DNA of 60,625 nucleotides, taken from the IMG/VR virus record IMGVR_UViG_3300048996_000177, positions 1 to 60,625 of that record. One strand, written 5' to 3'. This DNA comes from a virus. Lineage: Duplodnaviria > Caudoviricetes. Shown here piece by piece: positions 1-8,966 of the stretch. The notes below the pieces were generated by a model. It did not search any database, was not told where the DNA came from, and worked only from the letters and a program-made list of their open reading frames with translations. The translations under genes and the position numbers were made by a program. How positions within the stretch are numbered: position 1 is the stretch's first letter; each line of letters opens with the position of its first letter.

Positions 1-145
1 GGGCTCTGGGATCGGGGTGGGGGGCTGGGAATGGTTTGGCGGTTCCTGATTCGGGACGGGCTGTTGCGGGGCTGGGACAGGTGGCGTCGGGAGTGGTGCA
101 GAAAAGGGGTGGGGCAAAGAAAGGGAAGAAACCGAGTGGGGGTAA
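1..145. repeat. Terminal direct repeat / circular overlap, left copy (matches 60481-60625)
   Basis: 1-145 matches 60481-60625 except one base (pos 19 G vs pos 60499 C); it lies inside an ORF that reads across the junction. Confidence 0.95.
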
Positions 146-359
146 CGGGAGCTTGGAGTTTGCTAACAAGGGAGCTATCGACTATCGATCGAAGACGGAC
201 CGTAAGCTAAGGGCGATAGGTCGGGAAATGTCTACGTACCTTGGCGATGACGTATCCGTAGGTGGCGTGCGAGTATGCGCAGGCAAATGCAAACGAATCG
301 GGGAGTCCGACTGGATCTATTGCCCCAGGTGTGGTGGCCCGATGGCCGAAAGAGATTAG
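1..359 (+). CDS. 3' part of the junction-spanning protein, ending in a CxxxC...CxxC zinc ribbon
   Basis: ...VCAGKCKRIGESDWIYCPRCGGPMAERD*. Confidence 0.75.
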   Translation, partial: ALGSGWGAGNGLAVPDSGRAVAGLGQVASGVVQKRGGAKKGKKPSGGNGSLEFANKGAIDYRSKTDRKLRAIGREMSTYLGDDVSVGGVRVCAGKCKRIGESDWIYCPRCGGPMAERD

Positions 360-397
360 ACGAAGTTTAAGAGATTGAGACGGGGTACGATGACGGT

Positions 398-1123
398 ATG
401 AATCTTCTGCGGAATACCATCATCATTTTCCTGTGGCTGATCATCACGTTGGCCTTGGCGTTCACGGTTCCTCTGGCAGCTGCCATGTTCATGCTGACGA
501 CGGCCATCACATTGATTTTGCGCCCTGGTTTGGTCCGTATCGCCTTTGGAATGGATCGGCGACCGAATCCGCGTTCCACGGGGGGTTCGTCGACTGTGGG
601 CGAAATCAGGGGGCAAACAGGTGTCAACGTGATCGGCAACAACAACACGATTACGGTGAACCACATCAATCAACCCGCCTCCGATGGGGTCAGATATACC
701 GATGGCGGATGGGTTATTGGTCCGGGTCAAATGATCATGATGCCGCCAGATGCGACGTTCGGACGCACTGACGGCGGTCAATGGGTGCCAAAAGGCAACC
801 CGTATGACCCCGATTTCGGTCCGGGGTGGCGTGAGCTGGCCGACAATCGGGATGCCATCATTCGCATATATTCCGGGGGTGGGGTCGGGTCGATGGAGAC
901 GTCCGAACAACGTCGCGAACGCGAATGGCTGGCGGGAAAAGATATCGTCGATGCGGCCAAAAACATCGTGATTCCGGGCGATCGGCCACGGTTGGACGCT
1001 CGACTGCATACACAGCATCCAGAAATGGAATGTGCCATTTGTGGTGTGGAATTCATCGACCATGCATACGCCGATCACCCATGGGAAGAGATTCAGGAAG
1101 CGGGTTTCGAGAATGAAACGTAG
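398..1123 (+). CDS. Hypothetical membrane protein
   Basis: 241-aa ORF with a long hydrophobic N-terminus; C-terminal HxxxH-CxxC-H motif. Confidence 0.7.
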   Translation: MNLLRNTIIIFLWLIITLALAFTVPLAAAMFMLTTAITLILRPGLVRIAFGMDRRPNPRSTGGSSTVGEIRGQTGVNVIGNNNTITVNHINQPASDGVRYTDGGWVIGPGQMIMMPPDATFGRTDGGQWVPKGNPYDPDFGPGWRELADNRDAIIRIYSGGGVGSMETSEQRREREWLAGKDIVDAAKNIVIPGDRPRLDARLHTQHPEMECAICGVEFIDHAYADHPWEEIQEAGFENET

Positions 1124-1352
1124 ATACGTGCAATGGCGGATGTGGGCATTTCTTGGCTCGCGGTTGTCGACGGCGATCGATCGGTGGCACAATCGACCCC
1201 GGCGCATACGGGTGCTGGTGTATGGCAACCCGGGATATGGCGCGGTACGATTCGTTAGAGGTCCGTTCGTAGAGATTACGGATAAAGATGGCGAAGCAAT
1301 GATCGAAGGATTGCAACGCGGATTGTGGTTGGAGAATAACGACGATGAGTGA
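1113..1352 (+). CDS. Hypothetical protein
   Basis: ATG overlaps the end of the upstream gene; part of a tightly packed + strand array. Confidence 0.6.
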   Translation: MKRRYVQWRMWAFLGSRLSTAIDRWHNRPRRIRVLVYGNPGYGAVRFVRGPFVEITDKDGEAMIEGLQRGLWLENNDDE

Positions 1353-1539
1353 TAAGCCGAATACCTGGAAAATGATTCGGGGGTTCGACAACGCACCGGC
1401 GTTGAGAGAATTCGTGGAAGCGTATCAACATGAATTCGAGAAGTTGATTGGTTGCGTGACGTTGCGCGCACAAGCGGAGATCGTTAGGTCCATTGTGGAC
1501 AAAGAAGTTGCACGATCGGAGAATAACGATGGTGAGTAA
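1345..1539 (+). CDS. Hypothetical protein
   Basis: 64-aa ORF overlapping both neighbours by a few bases. Confidence 0.6.
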   Translation: MSDKPNTWKMIRGFDNAPALREFVEAYQHEFEKLIGCVTLRAQAEIVRSIVDKEVARSENNDGE

Positions 1540-2284
1540 TCGATTCTTGGAACGGCACGCACGGCTGTTGCGGCGCATTCACATGGCCGCACACACGTGG
1601 GATGCCGACACCCTGGCGACGCACGTCAAGTGGATTCTGGACGCGGAACACGCCTATTGGTCCACCAAGCCCGCAGGTGATTCGGAAGAATGGCGCGATT
1701 ACGAAGACGCAGGTGTTGCGGACCGGCAGGGCCAATGGATGCAAAATAAGACCAAAGCAGATGATCATCCGTTCAAAGATATGCCGTTTAAAGGTATGCC
1801 GGTCGAAGAATTGCAACAATGGATTCAGAAGAATGGCCCCATCCCCGATGCTCTGGACCCGCGTCGTGCTGCATATCGCGGCGACACGCATCCACACCCG
1901 CTGGCCAAGTTTCACACGGGCAATGAACTGTCCACAGGGGACACATTTCCTCCATTCGTTCAGGCGCATCGCGATCCCGTGTCGGGTAAGCTCGTGCCGG
2001 ACATGCCGAACGTTCAAGACATGATGATGCGTTCATCATTCGGGGATGTGGTGAAGGCGGCCACACCCATCATTGATTATCTTCGATGCAATCCAATTCC
2101 TTTGATTCCCCGAGCACCATATGTCGAGGGATTGCGTCGACAGGTGTACGAAATGGGTGTGTGCCTATGCCCGTTGAATGCGACGCACAACAGAAAAGAC
2201 CACGATCAATTCCAGGATATGATCGCCATGGATCTGGACGAACAATATGCCGCCCGTGAACAATCAACATCAAAAGAGGAATAA
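1529..2284 (+). CDS. Hypothetical protein
   Basis: Long ORF; ATG 1529 preceded by GGAG. Confidence 0.7.
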   Translation: MVSNRFLERHARLLRRIHMAAHTWDADTLATHVKWILDAEHAYWSTKPAGDSEEWRDYEDAGVADRQGQWMQNKTKADDHPFKDMPFKGMPVEELQQWIQKNGPIPDALDPRRAAYRGDTHPHPLAKFHTGNELSTGDTFPPFVQAHRDPVSGKLVPDMPNVQDMMMRSSFGDVVKAATPIIDYLRCNPIPLIPRAPYVEGLRRQVYEMGVCLCPLNATHNRKDHDQFQDMIAMDLDEQYAAREQSTSKEE

Positions 2285-2384
2285 GAGTTGTCCATTGTGG
2301 ACTTGATCGGCACGGTATCTTTTGTGGCCGTGTCGATCGTGTCAGTCGTTGTACGATGTGTGCATCAAACGAAAGGGGTGAAGA

Positions 2385-2516
2385 ATGGAAGACGTGTTAA
2401 TACCTCTTCCCGAAAATGAATCACTCGGGATCTTCAATCGAATTCTGTCCGAAGTTCGGGGTCCCAAGCCCAAACCACCACCACGCAAACGTAAAGCTCC
2501 GGTGAAAAGGAAATGA
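2385..2516 (+). CDS. Small hypothetical protein (MEDVLIPL...RKRKAPVKRK)
   Basis: 43-aa ORF below the track cut-off; GGGGTG upstream; ATGA overlap with the next gene. Confidence 0.45.
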   Translation: MEDVLIPLPENESLGIFNRILSEVRGPKPKPPPRKRKAPVKRK

Positions 2517-2701
2517 CCAAATTCGAGAAGTGCGTCGAGAGAGATTCCGGTGGAGGGGAATTACATTTTCGGGTGATGCCCGGACCTTGCGAAGGGAAAT
2601 TGTCGTTACGGGTGAATCCGTTTAAGTCCGAGATTCAAGGTAACGACACACCTGAATGGTTGTGCGACAAGCATTACCACGATTGGGCGGACGAGATTTG
2701 A
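2513..2701 (+). CDS. Hypothetical protein
   Basis: AAGGA RBS; stop overlaps the next start (TGATG). Confidence 0.6.
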   Translation: MTKFEKCVERDSGGGELHFRVMPGPCEGKLSLRVNPFKSEIQGNDTPEWLCDKHYHDWADEI

Positions 2702-2898
2702 TGACCGAAGCCCTGATCAAGAATGGCATCACACGGTGCAACTGTGCATCCCGGGGGCAACCGTATGCCCGTCCCAACATCGCAGTTGGCCGTACGATCA
2801 CCTGCCGCGTCCATACCGCACGATGGATGTGGGACGGCGTGGCATTCATCCCGGATGGAACATATGGACATAAGAAGCCCGAACGATCTGCCGGGTAA
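2701..2898 (+). CDS. Hypothetical Cys-containing protein
   Basis: Coupled to the previous stop. Confidence 0.5.
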   Translation: MTEALIKNGITRCNCASRGQPYARPNIAVGRTITCRVHTARWMWDGVAFIPDGTYGHKKPERSAG

Positions 2899-3307
2899 CG
2901 AAGGGTTGACGTGGTACCGCACCCCGGGTCTGTTCAAGATTCATTACGTGCCAAGGGGAACGTATGGACGGCGTAAGTACAAGACCATTGTGCACAGTAT
3001 TACCGGCGTCGAATGGCAATGCCGCATATCGTTGACCGGCCGTCTCAATACTCGCCCTATCCTAATTCCTAATGAAGATGGATCGAAGACCAAAGAATTG
3101 ATGTACACCGAAGACCAATACGACATCATCAGGTCGGTGGTGTGGAATATCCATCACAAACGCATTGGAATGACACACGCATTCCTTATTCTTCAATCGT
3201 TGGGTTGGACTCATCTTCCCGGACAAACTCCACTGTCCGTGGGTAAAATCGTCAAATGGTACGGAAATCACATCAGGTATAGAAGAAAAGGAATACTATG
3301 GCCATGA
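2855..3307 (+). CDS. Hypothetical protein (possible DNA-binding)
   Basis: Basic ORF in the + strand array. Confidence 0.6.
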   Translation: MEHMDIRSPNDLPGNEGLTWYRTPGLFKIHYVPRGTYGRRKYKTIVHSITGVEWQCRISLTGRLNTRPILIPNEDGSKTKELMYTEDQYDIIRSVVWNIHHKRIGMTHAFLILQSLGWTHLPGQTPLSVGKIVKWYGNHIRYRRKGILWP

Positions 3308-3510
3308 ACATGAAAGTGGACGAACCCGTCCGCACGATCACGCTGGAACTGGACTCCACCACGGCCAAGGAAATGGCCGATTGGATCGCCGACGCGGGAG
3401 TGGCGTTGGGCAGTGGCAAGATCGGGAACAATCACGCGCCACACGAAATCAACGAGCTGTACGGCGCACTCGTGTCCATCGCCCAGAACCGTGGATATGG
3501 GGGTCACTGA
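3298..3510 (+). CDS. Hypothetical protein
   Basis: AAAGGA RBS, 70 aa. Confidence 0.65.
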   Translation: MAMNMKVDEPVRTITLELDSTTAKEMADWIADAGVALGSGKIGNNHAPHEINELYGALVSIAQNRGYGGH

Positions 3511-3512
3511 TT

Positions 3513-4781
3513 ATGGCGGACAGGTCGGGAATGGATGATAAGGTGAGCGTTAGCATGTGGCGTCAGCGTGTTGGTCGGGCGTTGGGCCACGACGACGGGA
3601 AGATCCCCGACTGGGACGTATTGGTCCCACAGATCAAGAAATTGAAAGACCGCATGGCGATCAATGGTGTGTCCAGTGTGAACCCATCGATTCCCGGGAG
3701 TATTCGTAAGAAGTTGGCCATCGCATTGGGCAACGAGCTTTCATCCATCGGGTCAACCGACCTAATCCCCGACTGGAACACGTTGATCAAACAGGCCGAG
3801 AAGTTGGTCGAGACGATCAATGGTGGGCTGGGCAAGTGGGTCGAAGAATTGCGTGTTGCGCTGGAAATTCCCGCCGACGCACGCACCACGTGGGCCGATC
3901 TGATGCGTCAGGTTAAAGCGATGGTGGACGAACAGCCCATTGACATATCCCGGATTCGCATGGAATGGCGTAATCAACTGGCCGCCGCGTTGGGGATGGA
4001 CTTGACCAATGAGGCCATTCCCGATTTCGGGCATCTGGTGGACGAAGTGAAAGATATGCGGGAGATCCCGCGCACCGACCATTCCCATGTAGACTGCAAC
4101 GCGTCGTTCAATGAATTGCGCAGGCGTTCGGAATGGTTGATCGAACGAGCAAAACCAGACCCCATTCAAACCTATGAATGGACGACCGCTCGCAACAACT
4201 GGCGACGTCGGTATGGTGTGGAAGGACCCGTGCTCGGCGATAAACACCCCAAGCCGATGAAGGGACAAAGCACCGCATTGCACGAGGCCGTCGAACACAC
4301 TCAGTCGACATTGAAGTATATCCATGTTCGCACGTCGTCCGGTATTAACCTGCCCGGTCCCACGGTCAACATCCACCAGGCGATCGAATTCTACGTGCTG
4401 GAAAACGAAGACCTGGTCATCGAAGATTCCAGTGGCCCGATCGCCACATACAAACACGGTCATTGGGACACGGTGATGGTCGCGCCGGAGGGGTCCGACA
4501 TTTACGCGTTGGAATGCGACCACGATCCGGCTGACACCGAACCAACATCCACGGTTGATGGTTTCGGCCGCATGCCGTGGGAACGGACCGTACAGACGAT
4601 TTCAGACCCCGTTCCGCCCGGTTTGGTGGCCGACATCCAATCCGCCATCGCGGATGCCGACATGTTGCCGAAAAACACCAAGGCATGCAGGTGCGGATGG
4701 GCGATTCGGTCATATTCAACCTATGACTCAATGGAACGAGTGTGGACCAACGAAAATTGCCCGGTGCACGTTGGTCGTTAG
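3513..4781 (+). CDS. Hypothetical protein with four internal W-x3-L-x2-ALG...IPDW repeats
   Basis: ATG 2 nt after the upstream stop; repeats visible in the translation. Confidence 0.75.
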   Translation: MADRSGMDDKVSVSMWRQRVGRALGHDDGKIPDWDVLVPQIKKLKDRMAINGVSSVNPSIPGSIRKKLAIALGNELSSIGSTDLIPDWNTLIKQAEKLVETINGGLGKWVEELRVALEIPADARTTWADLMRQVKAMVDEQPIDISRIRMEWRNQLAAALGMDLTNEAIPDFGHLVDEVKDMREIPRTDHSHVDCNASFNELRRRSEWLIERAKPDPIQTYEWTTARNNWRRRYGVEGPVLGDKHPKPMKGQSTALHEAVEHTQSTLKYIHVRTSSGINLPGPTVNIHQAIEFYVLENEDLVIEDSSGPIATYKHGHWDTVMVAPEGSDIYALECDHDPADTEPTSTVDGFGRMPWERTVQTISDPVPPGLVADIQSAIADADMLPKNTKACRCGWAIRSYSTYDSMERVWTNENCPVHVGR

Positions 4782-4793
4782 TCGTCATATGGT

Positions 4794-5105
4794 GTGATCA
4801 TGCGACGATCACAAAAGGATGCGGCGGCATCGGCGATGGTTAACTCTTCAACGACCACTGCCGGGCCGTCGCTTTTGCAGTCCATCGAATCGATATTGCA
4901 GAATGAATGTGTCAAATACATCGAGATGCGCCGTGAAGAAGATAATGGGTACAACGACTCGGCGTTGCGTGTGAAGATTGATATCAAACGCGGGGAAATC
5001 CGTGGGCTCGCACGGACAGTTGCAAAAATCCGTTTGCCGTACGAGGATCAAAAAGTCGTGACCAAACAAGTGGAAAAAGAATTCATCCGAAAGGCGAAAG
5101 AGTAA
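4794..5105 (+). CDS. Hypothetical protein
   Basis: 103-aa ORF; TAATG coupling to the next gene. Confidence 0.65.
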   Translation: MIMRRSQKDAAASAMVNSSTTTAGPSLLQSIESILQNECVKYIEMRREEDNGYNDSALRVKIDIKRGEIRGLARTVAKIRLPYEDQKVVTKQVEKEFIRKAKE

Positions 5106-5434
5106 TGGCATCAATAGAAGAAAAAATCAGGGACCAGTTCACGGCGGCGGACGCCCTCCGTCGGGAAAAAGACCCCCGAACGGACCACGGCCCGTCTCAG
5201 ATCCAGCGGGACATGGAAATGGCCGAAAAAGAGAAGACGGACATCGAAGAAAAAATCGTGTCCATTCAGCGGAGTATGCAGTTGGAAATGGAACGGCTCG
5301 AATTGGAAGCCGAAGGGTTGCGTACCATCGCGTCCACGAAGATCCGTGCGGCCAACGAGATCCGCAAATTCCTGTACCCGCAATCTCAGGATGAAGGTAT
5401 CGCCGTTCCAGATGTACCTGCGGGGATTGTGTGA
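5105..5434 (+). CDS. Hypothetical coiled-coil protein
   Basis: Heptad-like E/K/L-rich sequence. Confidence 0.65.
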   Translation: MASIEEKIRDQFTAADALRREKDPRTDHGPSQIQRDMEMAEKEKTDIEEKIVSIQRSMQLEMERLELEAEGLRTIASTKIRAANEIRKFLYPQSQDEGIAVPDVPAGIV

Positions 5435-5886
5435 TGAGTTACGACGACGATAGGCGCGCGGAAAAGCGGGCCAAGGCTTCCATCGGTATGACGACCATCT
5501 CCATCAACGAGTTGAATGAATTGCGGCGCAAGGCCGCATGGCACGACAACCACCCGGAGATCTCCGGTGTACCGGAGAATAAGTTCGAATCCGGTCTGCG
5601 GGAACTGATCAACAGTTATTCCAAGGAACAGGGTTCAAATACCCCGGACTTCGTGTTGGCGTCATACCTGGTCGCGTGTCTCGACACGTTCGACTACCAC
5701 GTGCGGTATCGGGCCGGTGTGGAAAACACGCCCATGCCGGGGGTGGATTTCGTTCCCGGTGTACAGATCGGTGATCACAACAACCAAGTGAACACGTTCA
5801 ACGATCCGGTTGGTGTGAAACGGTTCCACGAGTTCCGACCGCGCAACATCGGGAAGTCGAACGAACGTCGTCAGCCGAAGCCATGA
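5431..5886 (+). CDS. Hypothetical phage protein (INSYSKEQGSNTPDFVLASYL motif)
   Basis: GTGA overlap; the 'SNTPDF.LA.YL' motif is one I recall from other phage hypothetical proteins. Confidence 0.7.
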   Translation: MMSYDDDRRAEKRAKASIGMTTISINELNELRRKAAWHDNHPEISGVPENKFESGLRELINSYSKEQGSNTPDFVLASYLVACLDTFDYHVRYRAGVENTPMPGVDFVPGVQIGDHNNQVNTFNDPVGVKRFHEFRPRNIGKSNERRQPKP

Positions 5887-5967
5887 TTCAATGTTGTCTA
5901 TCGGGACAATGGTGTCCATTCGGCTGCCACGCCGACCACGAAAACGATGACGAACCGGAGAGATTCG

Positions 5968-6309
5968 ATGCCGAAGACGAAGTTGTCGAACAACAAACCC
6001 GACCCGAGTGACGAACCGGTTTCCCAGTTGCAACGTGCCTTTCTGATTTCGGGTACGTACAGGTGTGGCACGGGGTCGGTCATCCCATCACGGGATATGT
6101 CGCACGCGGTAACCGAATTTCTGGACACGTGCGATGTGGACCCCGGCATGATCATGTCGTATACTCAGTCGTATTTCATCCGCCCTGAAACGGTCGCGTT
6201 GAAAGACGTATGGCTGGCCACGGGTGATGAAGAACGTGCCAATTTGGCCCGTGCGTTTCCTGAAATCGCTACGGCCATTTCGGTTCTCGTGGGTGGCGAC
6301 GAAGGGTGA
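5968..6309 (+). CDS. Hypothetical protein
   Basis: GGAG upstream of ATG 5968; GTGA overlap with the next gene. Confidence 0.6.
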   Translation: MPKTKLSNNKPDPSDEPVSQLQRAFLISGTYRCGTGSVIPSRDMSHAVTEFLDTCDVDPGMIMSYTQSYFIRPETVALKDVWLATGDEERANLARAFPEIATAISVLVGGDEG

Positions 6310-6686
6310 AAGACGCGGATCGTGAATTGCTGGCTGGTGTAGGCGCAAAGCTTGATGAATTGCGTCGGGCTCTCCGTGCCCATGCCGCTTCGTACCATCA
6401 GATCCGTAAATTGCAACAATCCCTCAACGACGATTATTTTGACCTCGTCGTGCGCGTTACGGGTGAAGATCCCGCCGAATTGGAACACCGATCCGGTGCC
6501 ACACCTGGGGCATTCAAGGAAGGCAACGAATATGGGCGGATCAAGAAAGAAGAATCGGACGAAGAAAAAGTTTCGACTCCCCACCCTCGTTCCTCAAAAC
6601 CCCGGGATCCGGGCGGTAAGTATGTTCGACATGGAATGTCCTGTGTGTCACAGACCGGGGATTCCAATCCGATCACCGAAAGGTGA
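6306..6686 (+). CDS. Hypothetical protein
   Basis: GTG start coupled to the upstream stop; helical N-terminus. Confidence 0.6.
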   Translation: MKDADRELLAGVGAKLDELRRALRAHAASYHQIRKLQQSLNDDYFDLVVRVTGEDPAELEHRSGATPGAFKEGNEYGRIKKEESDEEKVSTPHPRSSKPRDPGGKYVRHGMSCVSQTGDSNPITER

Positions 6687-6960
6687 TTCGATCATGCATG
6701 CGGGCCGGGCGGTTCGATGCCGGATGGAAGAAGGAACAGATGGGGCTGAAACGGTCCGTGCGTGGCTGGATGGAATCCATGGGGCTACGTACTCCGCCGA
6801 CAACATTTCAACGGCGACAGACGAATCTGGACGGTACGATCACGACCGGACACCCGACTGGTGGGACACGGACGGGGGCAACCAAGCGATCGGGCACCCA
6901 GTCGACTGGACGGACCCGGCAATCCAAAGTGGACATGACCCGGCCTACCGGGATCGGTAA
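6532..6960 (+). CDS. Hypothetical protein with CxxC (overlaps both neighbours)
   Basis: AAGGAAGG RBS before ATG 6532; CPVC...H...C motif. Confidence 0.45.
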   Translation: MGGSRKKNRTKKKFRLPTLVPQNPGIRAVSMFDMECPVCHRPGIPIRSPKGDSIMHAGRAVRCRMEEGTDGAETVRAWLDGIHGATYSADNISTATDESGRYDHDRTPDWWDTDGGNQAIGHPVDWTDPAIQSGHDPAYRDR

Positions 6961-7039
6961 GGCGATACCGCAAATCGAAGTGCCGGTGTCACAGATGCCG
7001 CCCGAGTTCGATTACGACGAAGGGAATCCGCCGTCATGA
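6740..7039 (+). CDS. Hypothetical protein
   Basis: GAAGGA RBS before ATG 6740; ATGA overlap with the next gene. Confidence 0.5.
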   Translation: MGLKRSVRGWMESMGLRTPPTTFQRRQTNLDGTITTGHPTGGTRTGATKRSGTQSTGRTRQSKVDMTRPTGIGKAIPQIEVPVSQMPPEFDYDEGNPPS

Positions 7040-7239
7040 AACGCTCGATCTTCGATAGGTTCACGGAGTGGTGGTACGGGCGCGAGTCGCGGAAGCGGAA
7101 GTATTGTTTCCACCATGACATCGGAGGAAACCCTGCGAACACTCGTCCGGCGCATTCATTCATCCATCAGGAGTTGATCGACACGGGAATGCGGAAGTTG
7201 TATTCGTGCAGTAAATGCGGGAAGGTATGGATCATATGA
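7036..7239 (+). CDS. Small zinc-ribbon protein
   Basis: CFHH...CSKCGK. Confidence 0.65.
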   Translation: MKRSIFDRFTEWWYGRESRKRKYCFHHDIGGNPANTRPAHSFIHQELIDTGMRKLYSCSKCGKVWII

Positions 7240-7469
7240 GTACGTATGAACCCCCATTCCGGGGAAAGGCAAAAGGTAGCGGATCGGAATTCAACCGCAT
7301 GCCGAATATGACGCCGGAATTATTACAGGTATCTCGGGTTCCCGTTGGTGCGCCGGAAGCGTGCATGCGGGTGGTTCGAAAGAATATGGATGACATTGAC
7401 GCGGATGTGATCATCGAAATGCTGGGTTTGCAAGGAATGGTGGATGCAAACTCGTTATTGACCGATTGA
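7236..7469 (+). CDS. Hypothetical protein
   Basis: ATGA coupling; GAAGG upstream. Confidence 0.6.
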   Translation: MSTYEPPFRGKAKGSGSEFNRMPNMTPELLQVSRVPVGAPEACMRVVRKNMDDIDADVIIEMLGLQGMVDANSLLTD

Positions 7470-7482
7470 TCAACATGTGATA

Positions 7483-7521
7483 TGGGACCCCCGGTGAGTT
7501 ATTCCGTTGCCGGGGGTTTCC
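7483..7521 (+). terminator. GC-rich hairpin ending the left gene array
   Basis: CCCCCGGTGA...TTGCCGGGGG followed by TTT. Confidence 0.55.
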
Positions 7522-7562
7522 GCATGTCAACCGTATGATCAAAATCTCCACGGATACGCCAG

Positions 7563-7592
7563 TTGACACAGGAATAGTTTTATCCGTACATT
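7563..7592 (+). promoter_or_regulatory. sigmaA/sigma70-like promoter upstream of the packaging/structural operon
   Basis: TTGACA (7563-7568), 18 bp, TACATT (7587-7592). Confidence 0.65.
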
Positions 7593-7708
7593 GTGTACAG
7601 TCGCCACGAAGTCGGTCCACGCGACGTTCGGATGTTCATGGCTGCCCGTCCGGGCGTTGAAAATCCAGGACCGTTTCGTGGCGGCTTTCGTCAGTGGCGA
7701 AAGGGGGC

Positions 7709-8239
7709 ATGATGCCCGTTACACGTGGTGGACGTGTGAAGTCGAATAACCCGAATGCTGTACGGCAAAGAATCCGTAATGCAAAAGGTAATTTGAACGA
7801 AGATATTGAAGCATTGTATGGAAAGCCATTATCAGAATGGGATTTCCAGGAATTGCAGTGTGGCAAGCCCCGCAACAAAGACGGCAAGGTTTCCCGAAAG
7901 GGAAAGAAACCGAAATGGATTTCTCCGGCAATGGCACAGGAAGCCATGCGCCGGTTGGCGTCCATGACGTCGGAAGAGGTTGGCAAATACGCCGGTGAAG
8001 CTGTCGCCACGATGGTGGATCTGATGCAGAATGCCAACGTCGAGATCGTTCGATTCCAGGCCGCACAATACGTGTTGAATCAGATCATGGGTATGCCAAC
8101 GATTCGTACCGAAGGCACCGTAGATGTGAATGTCCACGCATTCCTGGCGGACGTAATCCGCAACCCGGATGGTGTGGAACACCCTGTCATTGAAGGCACG
8201 TACACGGTCGAGGAAGAAGAAGACGATGACGACGAATGA
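7709..8239 (+). CDS. Probable terminase small subunit
   Basis: First gene of the operon that contains TerL; helical with an 'RFQAAQYVLNQIMG' segment and acidic tail. Assignment is mainly positional. Confidence 0.55.
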   Translation: MMPVTRGGRVKSNNPNAVRQRIRNAKGNLNEDIEALYGKPLSEWDFQELQCGKPRNKDGKVSRKGKKPKWISPAMAQEAMRRLASMTSEEVGKYAGEAVATMVDLMQNANVEIVRFQAAQYVLNQIMGMPTIRTEGTVDVNVHAFLADVIRNPDGVEHPVIEGTYTVEEEEDDDDE

Positions 8240-8429
8240 CGATGGGCAAACACCTCCGCCGGTGACCGAAGGAATGGCCGCCGACCCCAAGTTCAAGATT
8301 GGGCAAACGGTAACCGTGGCAGAATCCACGTGGAAGGCAACGATCATCGGATATGACATGATTCTCGTTCCGAACGTTCGGTATGACGACGGGTCGACTG
8401 ACCACGTGCTGGAACGGGATCTGTCGTGA
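8226..8429 (+). CDS. Small hypothetical protein (KOW/SH3-like 'KFKIGQTV')
   Basis: Overlap-coupled ORF. Confidence 0.55.
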   Translation: MTTNDDGQTPPPVTEGMAADPKFKIGQTVTVAESTWKATIIGYDMILVPNVRYDDGSTDHVLERDLS

Positions 8430-8716
8430 GTGACCAATCATCCGTGTGTACGACATGCGGCAACACGGCGGAATGGCACCGGATTAACAACCCGCGTCAC
8501 CGGTTCTCGGCGGTCAATGATGGCCTGAATACGTTCGCACCGGAGGATTCCACACCGGACAGTCGGGTTGTGCCCATGACGATGCCGTTCGATCCCGTAC
8601 TGCGCATGGCGTTGATTGACAAGGGTGTTATCACCGTCGCCGATCTGGACGCGGCGGACGCGAAAATCAAACACCTGACGGGTGGGTTGACTGATGGTAG
8701 AACGGAAACGCGTTAA
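8426..8716 (+). CDS. Hypothetical protein (CxxC...H...H N-terminus)
   Basis: GTGA overlap, 96 aa. Confidence 0.65.
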   Translation: MSDQSSVCTTCGNTAEWHRINNPRHRFSAVNDGLNTFAPEDSTPDSRVVPMTMPFDPVLRMALIDKGVITVADLDAADAKIKHLTGGLTDGRTETR

Positions 8717-8942
8717 TGGCCGGGATCAATACGGCAACCTGACATCCAGTGCCAAGATCGAATCGGGCACCGAATACGGCGGTGTGGACGGCGTGATTCA
8801 GCCGCCCCCGCATGTGGCGAATTCCCGGGAAATGCTGATGCAGGTTTACCAAACCGATCCGGCAGCCGGGGCAATCAAATACCTGGATGGGCACACGGAT
8901 GCTGAGCATCAGCCCATTCCGGAGACCAAGAAAATCGTTTAG
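8694..8942 (+). CDS. Hypothetical protein
   Basis: 82-aa ORF just before TerL. Confidence 0.55.
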   Translation: MVERKRVNGRDQYGNLTSSAKIESGTEYGGVDGVIQPPPHVANSREMLMQVYQTDPAAGAIKYLDGHTDAEHQPIPETKKIV

Positions 8943-8966
8943 TACCAACCGTCAGAGGCGGATGCA

